A stretch of 63,728 nucleotides of DNA, counting the filler, from Perkinsus chesapeaki ATCC PRA-425 (lineage: Eukaryota; Protista; Perkinsozoa), in the NCBI GenBank assembly GCA_013115145.1. It is 7 parts of 7 records of this genome, joined end to end, with 100 filler letters (N's around TTAATTAATTAA, not from the genome) between each part and the next. Parts side by side here need not be neighbours in the genome. Positions count along the whole stretch, not along the records: positions 1 to 17,094 come from JAAPAO010000688.1; 6 more parts are not named here. One strand, 5' to 3'. This document shows, in pieces, positions 1 through 13,267 of this stretch. Every line of letters starts with the position of its first letter. Position 1 is the first letter of the stretch. Below the pieces are notes generated by a model, which saw nothing but the letters and a program-made list of their open reading frames with translations, ran no database searches and was not told the DNA's origin. The position numbers and the translations under genes were made by a program.

Positions 1-129
1 AGGCCTCAAAGGACAAGTATCTGGTTTATTGCTTTGCGCGTTTGAGTTGGTTACAGTTCTACGGAACAGCACCCCGTAGAATAAATTCAGTGTGAATTTC
101 ACAGCGAAAGTCACGGCGACTGCCCTATG

Positions 130-1750
130 GGCACTCTAGAGAACTTGTGATGGATGAAAGAGCACTCACCCCCGTCATCGTCCAATCAAGGAAAGCGGTG
201 GATCCTCCATAGACGAAATCGACAATCGTGCCATGAGCGTAATGCATCGCCCTTTCCCAGTCAGTTTTGTAGAAGAGCTCTACGAGAGGGTCTCCATTGG
301 CTGACAGGAGGATATAAAATTGAAGGAAATAGAGCGCATCACATACTGGCTTCTGTACTGATAAGAGAATGCGTCTCCAAATATATCTCTTTGTACTCCT
401 TCAAAGCAGAATATTGATCAAACGTATACCAATGAACTGCGCAACCATTTACATATCTAACAACGACAAACACTCATCAAGCGAGTATCACCAAAAGTAG
501 TTTACCTCGCAGTAGCTCGATTTCCGAGGATTAGTTTGGCGACATCAAAAAGCCATATCTTATTGTCATCATTAAAGAAAAGTTTAGTCCGCTTATTTGA
601 CTTTCTCATGGCGGGGCCCAAATAATCGCCGATGAATGACGCCTGCTCTGCAGCGCTGAATAGACAACTACCCCAATGTTCAACAAAGTAGTTTCTGCAG
701 ACATTAGAACCTTTCGACTATTCGTTGTGAGCATCCTACTGGGGCTCGTTCTGCTGTGTTATAGCCTATATTGGCACTCCAAGCTTCCCATAGGCATCAA
801 CCTAATAGGGTTGAAGTACGTTGGCAGCCACTCGGACCTACTTAGCGACTCACCCATTTCACAAGATAATCAGCCCAGGCCTTTTGATATCTTCCATCCT
901 TTTTCAGACATGGGATCGAACTACCGAGCATACTATGATTACCGAGCTTCATCCAAGATGGGGGAGACCACGCACTCCCTGGTCACAGTACTACGTCAAA
1001 GTCGATCTTCACGTAAATGACTTCGACTCACCAAGAATTTTAGTTTCCATTTTCGTCAGTAACACTCTCTGTATAAAGTCAAATTTACCGTTTCCTCGGT
1101 CTCCTGTTAAGTTATAGTCGAAGTGCTGGAGGCTAAAGTCGTCTGATACATTATCAAAGACATAAGCACTGCCGGTTGTATGTACAGGAACTCTTAGCAT
1201 CTTATAATCCAGACCGCTCGGAGCGGAATATCTAAACAACGGTAACTCCAACACACAAGGAGGGCCCCTCAGGTTTTCACAGAATGCCTAAGAATGATTG
1301 TTCCTATGATAGGCAAAGTCCAGTAGCTGGACTCCAGTGACCCGAGTCCGCTCAGCGGACTGCCTACGCATCGATGAACTCCTTCTTTTTCGCACTATTA
1401 AGTTTCTTGAAATCGCCAGCAGTCATCTCTGGAACAGCACCGCCAAATCCTATAATCGGCCATATACTCACCGCATCTGACAAGATGAGGTCAAAGTTCA
1501 GTTTGAACCACGAACCATAATCTAGAGTACCAGTTTTGAGCTTGATCCTCGCATTGCTTGAGCGACCAGGAATGACTTTCACATTTACATGTGCCCACTT
1601 CTTACCGCTTGGCGTGGTGGTAACCCTGAAATGATGCCTTTACTGATGCATTAACCTGCTGCTGTTGTTATGCTCACCCTGTTGCTGTTATGAGTGATGC
1701 TTCATCGTCTATCGCATTGTTACTGCAACAGGTACAAGTCCAGAAGCAGA
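130..1750 (-). CDS. Multi-exon hypothetical protein, boundaries uncertain
   Basis: Open segments with GT/AG edges (NGDPLVELFYKTDWERAMHY..., ORFs 1009-1254 and 1364-1582); no recognisable domain. Confidence 0.35.
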
Positions 1751-3208
1751 TCAAAAAACGTTAGCTGAGATTTGATAGACATTTAGGACTTAGGAAGCTG
1801 TGGAAGGAAAATGAGTTCTATTTTAGTGGGTCATTTGCAGCTGGCCAGTATCGGACCCTTTCGTACCGTGATCGCTTGTGTCCATCACCAGTTCGTGGCG
1901 CTGTTATCAAATCATTATCTACAATGGGCCCTTAATATATACCGACGATATTGCCATACCGTTACGCTGTAACGGTTTACTAGTTCAGTCCCCTATTAGC
2001 GTACCCTTTGGGTCCCCAAGTAAGGGATATGGTTTTACTAGTTTAGTTTAGTTTTTGGTTAAAACATTACTTAGCCTTTAATGATAATCAATGTTTACTT
2101 ATGGGTGAACCATCGTGGTTCTTATCATAGCCAACGATCACAATATCCATTAAAGTGCTGTGCTGATCGTGAAATGTGCCACACCTTGTATGTGCGGAGG
2201 TTTATGTACAGTTGTGCGCCTCCTATTAGTTTTCAAATCTTTCGAATCGAAGGGGTTGTTGTGTTGTTCGCTCAGTGTAAGGTCTCCTCTTGTCTCGTTC
2301 CTTCGTGATTTCCTCCATTCCGTTGATGGCTTTTTCCGCTATCCAAGTCGGTCTAGAATATGTGTAAGCGATGCAGTGGTGGAGCTAGCTTCCGCACAGG
2401 TCCACGGATACCCCTGGAGTCACGGCGAAACTCTCCTCAGGTTCACTTGTTCGCTAAGTTGCGTACCCACATGGCACTCGCGATAGTTACAATGACAAGC
2501 CTGTCAGACCGTACTGCCTTTATGCTGATTGGTTTCAGCTCAGCAGTGTCTCTATAAGCTCGTCTATCGACGAGATGATCCTGGATCCTATGGCGACTCG
2601 CCGTTAGTAACTCGCGACACAAAATTGCTCGCGGAGCGGATCCCGCTTAGCGCAGATTGCGACACTATAGTGCAGAATTGAGTCAGTTCTCAGGCCGTCG
2701 TATGACCTATGCGTCCAGTGTTGGCGACACACCAATGGGCTTCATCGTACATGCCATGTATGCCTACCAGTGCAGACCGCAAAGAGGTCGATACTGACGC
2801 GTACCAGCTCACCCGTGGTCAGCGCGTTTGGGTGACTTGGCCTAGATTGGGAAGGGTAATTTGGAGCAGTTGATAATCTGCCACAGGTGTGGCGTAGAGT
2901 ATTATTGGGCAAGTGGCGGAAGACTAGACGGAATATAGGGTACTTGCTCGGTTCTTAGTTGGGCACGGTGAGCTGACGTGGTTCTCAAGTTAGGAGAGGC
3001 TTGGCCGGTCAGTGGGGTGGTGATGAACCGGGGTAACTGAGCCTTCATCTTAATGAACGATTAGCTAATTGAGTGATGCCATCAAGTTGGCCTCTTTATG
3101 TTTCCGAAACAAAATCCAACTCAGATTGTGTTTCGGATGACCCGACTCCTCAAATTGCCAGTCTTAGGAATATTGACTTTATTATACTCGACAACAGATT
3201 CTAAGGAA

Positions 3209-4544
3209 CTAGAAGTAGTCAGCAGGCCCCCCCCTCATCATCGTCCTCGTCTCCTCCTCGAGCTCCTTCATCTTCGAACTCACCTGAACAACCAGAGATT
3301 CGTTAGTTCGAGTTCAGTCTTTGATAATCCCACCTGTTATCTCATAGTCGTCTCCACCAAAGCTCTCATTATCCGTCACCTCTGCATACTCGTCGATCGC
3401 TTCATCCCCATCGTCATCCGATTCTCCTGCGTCATCATCATCGGCTTCGCCCGTGGCCTGCAGAAGTAGACAATTCTCACGTCAGTGTGGGAGGAAGGCC
3501 GCGCAGTGAAGCTGCGAAACCGTACAACCGTACACTCTCCCTCGCAGATTTCGACTCCCGCTGCGTTGCACTATGCCAGAACTAAAATGGCGAGCCGCTC
3601 ACCTGCTCAAGTCTCTTGAGTAGACTTTTGCGATTCTTCCTTCGTGCGTTGGCTTCCTTGGACCGGAAAGTCGCTAATGTATCCGTTTGCAGCTCGAGAG
3701 GGAAGTAGTCCGGTGACCCGACCTCCCTAAGAAGACGAAATACTGGACACATATCTCCTTAACACCTAACGATTAATTAACTTCCACTATTTTCATTGTA
3801 TAATATTCCATAGTATTAAGAAACACAGTTCATACCACAAAAAGTGTCAAACTCCATTCGAGAGGCGTCGGTATAATTTCATCAACGCCCCAGCACGGGA
3901 AGGCCCAACTCACGCGACGAGCTGCTTCCATAGAGGCTCGCCTGAGTCCTTTGTGGTCTCCCGCCAGCCTGGCTGGCTCAACTTCCGCCGTTTCGCTGCT
4001 TGTGACGCACCCGATGAAGTAAAACAAACCGATCTATCCGAGGTCGAAAGCCTGAGATCACACAGCTCTGACCATCACCAACCTCCGTGGCTCACTGAAT
4101 CCAATAGTTCACTAAGTCTCTCTGATAACTGACCAACATCTCATCCTCAGCTGTTAGCCCCTGGAACTCTGACACTTCATACGTGGACGGGTAAGGTGGC
4201 GGTGGTGCCGCTAAAGGCCCTCGTCGTTCTCCACCAAATCGCCTAAGCCGACCGTCACAATTCTACACTGTCTCTCTACTCTGCAAAAATTTACTGGGAC
4301 CGAAAGACAGATCATACAGTTATCACTTCTCGCTCGCCCGAATAATCGATTTGGTTTATCCCGGCACACATACATGTGGAATCCGTCCCAACTTCACAGC
4401 AGTAATCTTTCTAGTCCTTTCTATAATTCTTGTATAGCTAACGGATTCGGGGGTACTTCTCAAACGGTCCGAATTGGCACGTATTCCGGCTACTTACGGT
4501 CCGCCTCCACGTCCCTTTCCTTTACCCTTGCCGCCGAATGGCAT
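3209..4544 (-). CDS. RPC7: RNA polymerase III subunit C31/RPC7-like, spliced
   Basis: Exons give MPFGGKGKGKGRGGG, PPPPYPS, GLTAEDEMLVSYQRDLVNYW, YFPLEL...LLKRLEQ and an acidic tail ending DDYEITGEFEDEG...DDDEGGPADYF*; motif order matches the Rpc31 family. Confidence 0.75.
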
Positions 4545-4745
4545 AAACGAAAGCCTAATCCATGATATGTAACAATGACGATCATGAACTTAGAACACAA
4601 CGCTAGTTGATATTGAAGGGGGTACACTCAGTGATGACTGCACTGTTCCTCTGCTGGTGTCGGTGCTACTGTATACATTTAATCAATGGTGCATATACTT
4701 CAGCGGAATAATGCATCAAGGTCGTCCTGGGTCTAAAAGACAGAA

Positions 4746-4817
4746 GGGCTGAGCCGAGAATCGAACTCGGGACCTCTCGCACCCAAAGCGAGAATCATAC
4801 CACTAGACCACACAGCC
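4746..4817 (-). tRNA. tRNA-Pro(UGG)
   Basis: GGCTGTGTGGTCTAGTGGT...CTCGC TTTGGGT GCGAG...GTTCGATTC; full cloverleaf; TTTT about 8 nt downstream. Confidence 0.95.
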
Positions 4818-5141
4818 GATGAGAATATGGGTCCAACAACACAAGCGCTCATGATTTCGATAATAGATAACAAAGTACCGACGTAGCCCGTATTCCGAAC
4901 CCTATAGGATTACCTTCTTCCGCGAGGAGGACGCAGCAAAGTCATTCTAAAAAACACAAACATAATAGGTAACATAACAAAAGCCACTAGCTTCGAGCTA
5001 GTGCCGAAAACTAGGCTGCCGAATGACAAGAAGGAAGCGCTCTAAACGAATTTCCAGGGAGCGGTTGAACTCGTGCTAGTTAAATGGGTATATGACAAAT
5101 AACACTGGGTTCATCTCTTACTCACGGAACTATGAGCTACG

Positions 5142-7084
5142 CTACTGTGCGGTACAACACATCAATATATGGGAAACATCACTACAACTCCTGCAACGTA
5201 TCTTTCGCCGGAAAGAAACAAACGGAGATAATACAACTTTGGCATATAAGAGCCGAAAACAAGAGCTAAACCTGCTAAAGCTACCACAACACGCACCCAC
5301 ACCATCCCTCTCGAGCATCGCCCCACCCACCCCAAAGAAATCCACATCTCCTACAACTGGTCCATCATTCTGTTCATGCCCCAAAGACGGACCACTACCT
5401 CCACCGAAGGCATGCCGCAACGACTCACCTCCGCCTAAAAGACTGACCCTCATCCTTTCAGCAGTTCCATCTGCCCTCTTACTTAATAAATTCGCTTCAG
5501 CTTGCTGCGACTGTGGCTGCTGTGGTGCCCGACCAGCACTAGGCTGCCTCCTCGGCGGCACGGATTGAAAGTCCGATCGGACCTCCGGAGCTGATGTCGT
5601 TGTTGTGATGCCCTGCCCCTGATCGAAGCGTCACCTCTCGCCGCCCCACTGCAAGTGCCTCACCACTGAAGCTGCATTCTGTACACTTCCTGCAGCCGGC
5701 AAGGCCCCTGCACCCTCATGCCAAGATACACGGAGAACCTACAACACTGCGCGATGGAATATGCTTTATGTCTTCCTCAACCGAGCAGTAATCTCATCGA
5801 ACAAAATATGAGCCTCTCTAAGAGCCGGGAATCGAGTTGAAATTCCCTGAAGGCGACTGCGTGCAAATATTCTAATCCTACAAGTTGAGACCAGTGGCAT
5901 CTGCCGCCTTCAAGATACGCATTTGTCGATAAGCTCTGGTTGAAATAAGTGTTCTGCCAGCTGAGGCGTGAAGGTTCGTCATCAAATACCTCCCACAAAC
6001 GTTGTGATAAAATCGAATGGAGTTTCGTTATTGAATAACTGGTCTCTTGGCCAATATTAAACAGTCTGTACCAAACTAGTAAGGGTTGAGACTAATACTA
6101 GGAAAGATATTTTCCCAAGTTCGATCACCAAGTACATATATCCCCACACTTCTCGCCCTTACCTTTGCCACTATCTTATTATTATATATCGGCACTGGTA
6201 CATCATCATTAGTTACATCTATCCACACACTTCCAGTATCATACCTACCAAGTAATGAAGAGGACAAGGATAAGTATACACTATTTCCGTTCGTTATCGA
6301 GCAAAACACTCAACTATGTACCAGGTGAGCTCGGCACATGCCAAGTTGAAGTACGGCGAAATTTCTTATCTGAGTCGTGAAATTTTCTCAAGTCAAATTT
6401 GGAGTCCGGTGACACGGTCCCAAATTTCCCTAGGTACTTGCTGCATTCTCGAGTTCTCGCATGCGGATATCTTGACAAATACACATGAAACGGTTGATCG
6501 ATTTATGAAATATCGTCCACCAATCTCAAGATTACACATCGCTCAAATTTTGTCGCTGAATCCTTCGTAAGCCTCGAGAAAAACTCGAAACTCTGTAGTA
6601 TCATATGGAACTTCGACTAGCTGAGCTCAACCGTCCAATTTTACGCCTTGAGTCTCGGAATATTACACAGACTGTATCGGCTGGCTTGAACTACCAGACG
6701 CGACACTCCGCAAAAAAAGGGCCTGCCAAATTTTCAACATAGACCTTGCATTTTCTTGCTTCGATGTACAATACAGTCCAGTTTTCCCCCACATAAGATG
6801 AGCTATAGTGCGAAAATGATCCCTGTGGTAGTACTTCAGCTTAAATCGAAAATGATATGTCCCGGGCAATGGAAACTTCTCTCGGATATCCCGCAGCCTG
6901 AAAAAGAGGCAATTAACAACCCCTCCGAGAATCGAACCCACGCCCTTTCTTTTGAAAACCCCCGGTCAGTTGCTCAACCACTACACTAATCCACGAGACC
7001 GTAACCAGCCATACACTTTATTACCTTATTGCCTCCGGTGGCTTCGGAATCGGAAACGCATTAGGGTGACTCGATTCATCTGAA
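5142..7084 (-). CDS. DIX-domain protein, spliced; N- and C-terminal limits uncertain
   Basis: In-phase exons join to ESSHPNAFPIPKPPEAIR|LRDIREKFPLPGTYHFRFKLK|YDTGSVWIDVTNDDVPVPIYNNKIVAK|VLRVSW (7025-7084, 6835-6897, 6163-6244, about 5664-5740), then a low-complexity Q/P/G tail. Confidence 0.8.
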
Positions 7085-8459
7085 CAACATGGTTCTGCTA
7101 CTCATATTTATATAATAATACACCATGTAACGCTACAGCTGCCTATCTATTCCTTTATACGGCAGATACTGTATAATATAATATATAGAATAACGAATAA
7201 TATAATGAGTAAATATAATGTATAGTATAATGATGTTTTCACATAATAAAGTGTAATACACTTCATAGGGCTGCACTTTACCCTTCTGCGACTGACTGAC
7301 CCGCAGAGATACTCATATACTGTCTGTTGCCTGGCGAAAGGAGGAGTGCTGCCGCCCGAGAAAAAATGTAATGTAAAAGTTTCCCGACAAAAGCCACTAA
7401 TACACTCTACCAGTCTCCAGGCACAACAGCTTGATAATGTTCAGCACTGCTGGATCCGCAGCCCTCCCTTACGCTACTATTACAGTTCTCACAGTACAAC
7501 TAAACTACCCCGAACTACTCATTAGGCTGTCACCATCCCCTTAACAGATAAGGCGTAAGCATGCTTCCTGGTAAAGCGGCAGAGACCAACACAAATGCCC
7601 CTGGGGTGGGCCCGAATCGCTCAGCGTTCACGCAGACACGGCAAAGTTAGTTTCAGGAATCTTTTTCGCGCTCAAGGCCGCCAACTTAGCGAACGAGGAA
7701 GTCACCTTCGCGAATAAGAACATCGATTTAGCGGTAAGGGTCGGATAGGCAAATCAAGTCGCGGATACGCACTTCAACTTCGAGCAGTACGAGGATTATT
7801 CCACGTAGTTAGAAGTACAGCTCGAAATTGATGTCCTCATCCGCGGAAATTTAATCCCAGATGGTTGCGCCTCCTGCAAGCACCGGAACAAGCATAGACT
7901 CGTATTCGACCATTCACAGAAGCCCAGCCTTCCATACATAGTGCCCCTTACTACCTTTATCCGACGGAATATAATAATAAACCAAAGTTGATCGTGACGC
8001 CATACTGCCAGCCTCACCAAACAGAAAAAAGACCTGCTTGCTTCATCCCCCTTTATTTCTCTTCTCACTTCCAACACAACATGCCTACAATCTTCAAGTG
8101 TTTGCTCTTTTTAACAGGTAGTAAAAGAAACTGTTAATCAACGATAATTACAAATCGCCATCACTGCTCTACAATCTTCAGTGGTTCAACTGAAACAACA
8201 ACAAAAACAAACAAATGACCCTATTATCAAGTAGGCGGATTTTATGCCAAAACTATTCATATTAGTAATGAGTGTAAGGCAAAGTCACCATCTTTAGAAC
8301 CGGCTCGAGAGACAGCGTTCGCCGGCTCTTCAAGACCAGCCCAGAAGCATTCCCTGACTAAGCATTGGCATACAACTAATACTACTATTGTAATCCCTTT
8401 AGAGTGCCCAAGATGCATGCAAAAGAGTTTAATCGCACTTAGAGCAAGTTGCAATATTA

Positions 8460-9823
8460 TTAAACCTTCTTTCTCTCCAAGTTGCCTACCGGCTGCTGGT
8501 TCGACGCCCCCTGATGGCCTGATATCCAGCTGTTCACCGCGCTCATCCCCCTAGACAACGAGGAGCCAACCTGAACAAGCAACAGCCTGCTCGTCAACAT
8601 GCACCAGCCTCGGATCGAACTCGCCACCTTTCGAACAACAGCACGACATTTTACCTTCTCGCTAATTTGGTACTGCTGATTTATCTCCGACATTTTATTT
8701 CCAACAGCCTGTACTCCCGAATTCACTTTACCAGAGACGTCATAGGTCTGGTCGAACTCGCGCGCTTTCTGACAAATGAAGACGTCCTGCCTCCAGCGGC
8801 CGGAAAACCGAGCCAACATCAAAACCAATTTCGCTAGCTATGTGAATCCATTCCCCAATTTAGTACATAGTTCACAGTGAGCTCAAAACTGTAGGAAATG
8901 GATATCGCGAAACAAAGCAAATGGATTCTATTGTGAAATATATTTAATAATCTTTCTAATACTTCTATAAGAAATTATAGCCCCACAATTACAATTATTT
9001 CATATCAATTATATCACAAGAACTAATAACGTTAATTACCAAAATTACACACTTTATACGATCAAACCAAAAACGCTGGTCAACATCACCTTCACGTTTT
9101 ACACGCGAAATACACCAAGGCGGCTGCGCGACTCACGCAGCGGGAGCTAAACTCCTTGCACTCATATATACGGTTGTGGAGTTATTAATATTATGCCTTC
9201 CATTCACAACTTCCTTCTTATTATTACAGACGTAACAGCATCCGCCGCTCCTTTAACCTTCTGCGTCACACCGTACTCTGAACCAAGCTCAGCTCCCTGC
9301 ATAATAAGGACAATGTCAACCTTCAACATAGATCCGCATGGGTGTGTTACGATCAGAATAAGCGAATATATATAACCAACACCGTCACAGTTGCTTGCCA
9401 GGACACTGCAGTGGAGGAGACTTTGAAATTCCAAGTTGTAGCAGGAGAATCCGAATCCTACTGGTGCTAACGGTATGCATACGGAAAGCTCTTTAAACCG
9501 CCGAGGTACGGCGCTACGATGCTTAACCCTAATTACCTTCTCCACAGCCTCATTAGTTACATTGCTAGTAGCACTGCCAACAGTTCTGGCAGCATTGCCT
9601 ATCTTATCATTCCTAGTAGTGGCATACGCCGCACCAGCAGCTCCGGCAACAAGGCCAATAGGGCCTGAACAAAGCCATTAAAATGCCTCCGCCGAGGATC
9701 GAACCCACGCCCTTTACTACCCAATAGCAATAGGCCTCCCAAGCCTCCCAAAGCCGCTGCTCCTCCCATCGCAGCACCCTTGCCGACATCCCTGTGAGCC
9801 GCGGGGGCACCAGTGCTCGTCAT
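8460..9823 (-). CDS. Gly/Ala-rich (glycine-zipper-like) membrane protein with KA(R/S)E...YxV repeats, spliced
   Basis: In-phase GT-AG introns (9665-9720, 8571-8654 and others) give GAAMGGAAALGGLGGLLLLGPIGLVAGAAGAAYATTRNDKIGNAARTVG...KAREFDQTYDVSGKV... Confidence 0.7.
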
Positions 9824-10369
9824 CGTAAGGGAAACCTAGACGGAAAATGCGTATATTATAACACCTCAATTCTGATCGTAATTCCAATCCTAGCACTTGA
9901 CGACCAACGAAGACAACAACTTTCAAACCCGCCGTTAATGTTTTAAATATCCGTCGCTCTTCTTCAGCTCAGTGCCCCGGACGAACGAACGCAGTCAAGC
10001 GGACGATGCTAGGACCAAAACGCGATTTTCACAATCGAACAATTTCAACCAAAATGGGTAATTTTTTTGGTAAATTTACAATAAACTTCGATTAGATTTT
10101 TCCGAAATTTCCATCGACCATAACCACACACGGCAAGCCAACGTCGCGTCCACGTCCAGCACGAGTGGGTCTTTCCTCTTCATTAACCGTCACGCGCCCC
10201 GAAATACTACCGCATGTATCTGCTGCTCCAGTGGTATCCCCGCTGTATCTACCCCCGAATCCAAAGTGTCTCGCAAGTAGTTCGCCCGAGTGTCAATTTC
10301 CGACTAAAAAACACAGGCAATTCTCCCCACACTTCCAACTTATCAAACTCCTACTTTATGAGCCCTTAT

Positions 10370-11825
10370 AGCATCACAGTCAGGATGATGTAGAGGCAAC
10401 ACTGCCAGAGCCTCTGACAGCCTGTTGCTGGCTTGGACATAATCTGAAAGGAATGCTCAGCTACAGGATCTGAAGCAAACAACTACTGCATTTCAAAGAT
10501 GACCAAATTGTGATTACGGCCGCTATGGTCAAGATACCGTACATCGTAGCGACCTACCGTAACGGCATCTCCTTACGCGATTCACTGAGTGTCTAGCTTT
10601 CATACAGAAGATTCCTTAGGTTACTCCTGGACGTTTTAACCCGTGCTAAAACGTTCTATTACATGTTATCGCCCTCTGCAACTGATTGGCCCTATCCCTA
10701 ATCATCGCTTCCTGTTCCGCCGTAGCAGCTTCCATCACAAATTGTGTGCCTTGGGACACTCTGTCGTTATGATCATTCATTGCAGCTGAAGATTCCCTTG
10801 TACTAGACATATTTGATAAAACTATTATTACTAAAATGACATATGCCGGGATCGAACTCGCGCAATCTTCACCAAAACCCATTTGCGTGCATAACAAGGC
10901 ATGCTAATCAGTTCCGAATATCGCGATTGATTTCACCCCTACCCACACTTCATCTTAAAAGTCTATATACTCCGGTCATCACACTTTTCAATGCCGCTCA
11001 CTTTCGCTAGTATTTTCCCACAACTTGCCACAGCTGAAATCAGCATCCCGAATTTAGTCACAAAGCCGATCCCTCTTCGAGGCACACGACGATAGTCAAA
11101 TGCCGTCACCCGGGTTCGAACCCGGGACCTCCTGTACCCGCACCAACACAAACAATTATATGGTTATTTCTAATGGAACTAATGTGAACAAGAGCGGCCT
11201 ACCGCCGTGACTAAAATGGCGCCTTCAGGATGACAGCGTTGAGGAAATGCAAGATTCTTCGAGATTTCAAGATCTCTGCTACCTCAGCAGCCAATCACCA
11301 GCACCGATTCTAAATAATTCTGTAAACAACTTCAAAATAAATGTTTATCCACAATTGTATGCTGTCTCCGCACACAAAATACTTGCACGCACGCGCAACA
11401 TATCATCTTCTACTATTACAAAGATCCTCAGCTCTTGGCCTTCAGCCGCAACTTCGGTCTTATAGAAAATGTTAGAAAAAAGAATCAGTAACAAATATTT
11501 ATCACGCAGCAGCACCAACAGGTTTGCGCTCCGCCACGGCGCTTAAATTGCGTCCATACCGAGGCGGCCGTCTGCCGTACGATTGCTCCCTCCGTCTTCG
11601 CTCATATCGCTGAGGAATCCTGCAGTGCGTATCGCTTCGGTAGAGCTCATTAAATGACCGCGCGCCCTTTAATTCACTACAGCTTCCTCTATGAGTGTTG
11701 CTGCCATAATGAAGTTGCCGAGCTGACAGCGGCGAGTCTTCCAGTATTGTGCACAAGGGGGAGGAGGCCGAAGGTGAATGCCTCACAGACGAGGACGGAG
11801 GCGCGTGCTGGGCAGTGCCTGACAA
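10370..11825 (-). CDS. Hypothetical multi-exon coiled-coil protein with possible C-terminal TM segment
   Basis: Open segments (ESSAAMNDHNDRVSQG...ANQLQRAIT; VATMYGILTIAAVITIW) with splice-like edges; full model not resolved. Confidence 0.3.
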
Positions 11826-12098
11826 AAATAACGTATCACCAATGGAACATGCTTATACATTCCCAAGCCGTTAATGTAAAGCATCATTAACTATTGCTCA
11901 ACGGCATTTTCATTATTATTATACGATATACGTATGATTGAACACGTACTACCGGAATTTACTACTAACGGTTACTACTACTATACTAGCTACTTATTAA
12001 TATTATAGTTACTCATATTGAGCTAAAGTTAATTATACTACTACTATATCGTATTAAGTACTACTACATTCACAAATGTGTGAATGGCAATAAGTTGT

Positions 12099-13060
12099 TC
12101 ATATTTCTACGTTTATATAACATCTGTAAACAGATATACATTTATAACTTATATTTATAAATACGTAAGTAACCACCCCGTCAAATTTATCACTTACACC
12201 CTCTCTCCAACGCATGCGTGCCACATAAAACAGCAAGGAGTGGTCCCTGTAATTACTTCTATTTTCACATGCTTCCCACATCCTCTCCTCCAGCTCAATA
12301 CTACTTCTCCTTCTTGTACGATGCCATTCACCAGTTGTGCTAGCAGAAGAAGATGCCCCAACCAGGTTTGGAACCTTCGCCGGATTCATCATACCGGGAT
12401 CTGAAACAAAAGAAATATCTGCTACACCATTTATCCCTATTTCCCCTACAGAGTCATGATTACCCAAATTGCTATATCGCGCGACATATAGTGCCCAACA
12501 CGAGCTTATCGGCGTCGACAAGCAAATGCGCAATATATGCTACTAATAGACAGTGTCTATTAGACACCACGCCACACAGTTAGCATTATAAAATATACGG
12601 CCTATTTTGGGTGACAAACCTCCCTAATAAAGCAGATATATCATATACCTGCTTTTATTATAAATCTTTCTCACCCCGGATAGAACCCACGACCTTCCGC
12701 ACAACAAAAACCGCGATCAGGCGCACTACCTGCTCCCCTATCCGACAGCACTCCCTCCTCATCAGTATCGACATCATCATCATATTTACTAACTTCATAC
12801 TCGCTATACTTTGCCCTTTTCTTTGTAACATAAACCATACCATCATCGTCTTCCTCCTCATTACCAACTGCCATTGATGTTGCACAGCCCATTGCCACCC
12901 AACAACCACAACAGCAGCAAGAACAATCAGATCCGCGCGCACGAATGTGCAACAACAGACAATCACTAAAACAACATAACACTCTTCCACGCAACATCCA
13001 CCACAGTCGTCGAATGCTCTATTGCCGGCAGCTCGGAGAGTCCAACAAATTTTGGAACGA
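12099..13060 (-). CDS. Hypothetical spliced gene(s), including an acidic segment GNEEEDDDG...DTDEEG
   Basis: ORFs 12099-12533 and 12671-12997; candidate intron 12649-12729; no domain recognised. Confidence 0.3.
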
Positions 13061-13267
13061 TGGATCGCTCAGTGCAAGTATGATATCTCAGGGATCCCGT
13101 TGTTAAAGTATGTATTCTAAAACATATAAATGAAAAGGTCACTTCAGTTTTATAATATCCAAATATTTCATACTAGAATGCTGACGCATGACTTTCCCCA
13201 ACCCTCAACACAACACCGCAGTGAGATGTACTCAATAAACTTTCTCAATGAAACAACCTTCCATTTA

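Noticed and set aside
6086-6328. Plus-strand ORF resembling a type II membrane protein
   Set aside because: Antisense to a well-supported DIX exon
7560-8100. Possible gene between the DIX and Gly-rich genes
   Set aside because: No consistent start or splice model on either strand
12340-12394. Intron with degenerate T-arm GAAGGTTCCAAACCTGGTTGGGGCA
   Set aside because: Could equally be exonic in ORF 12099-12533; counted only as weak support
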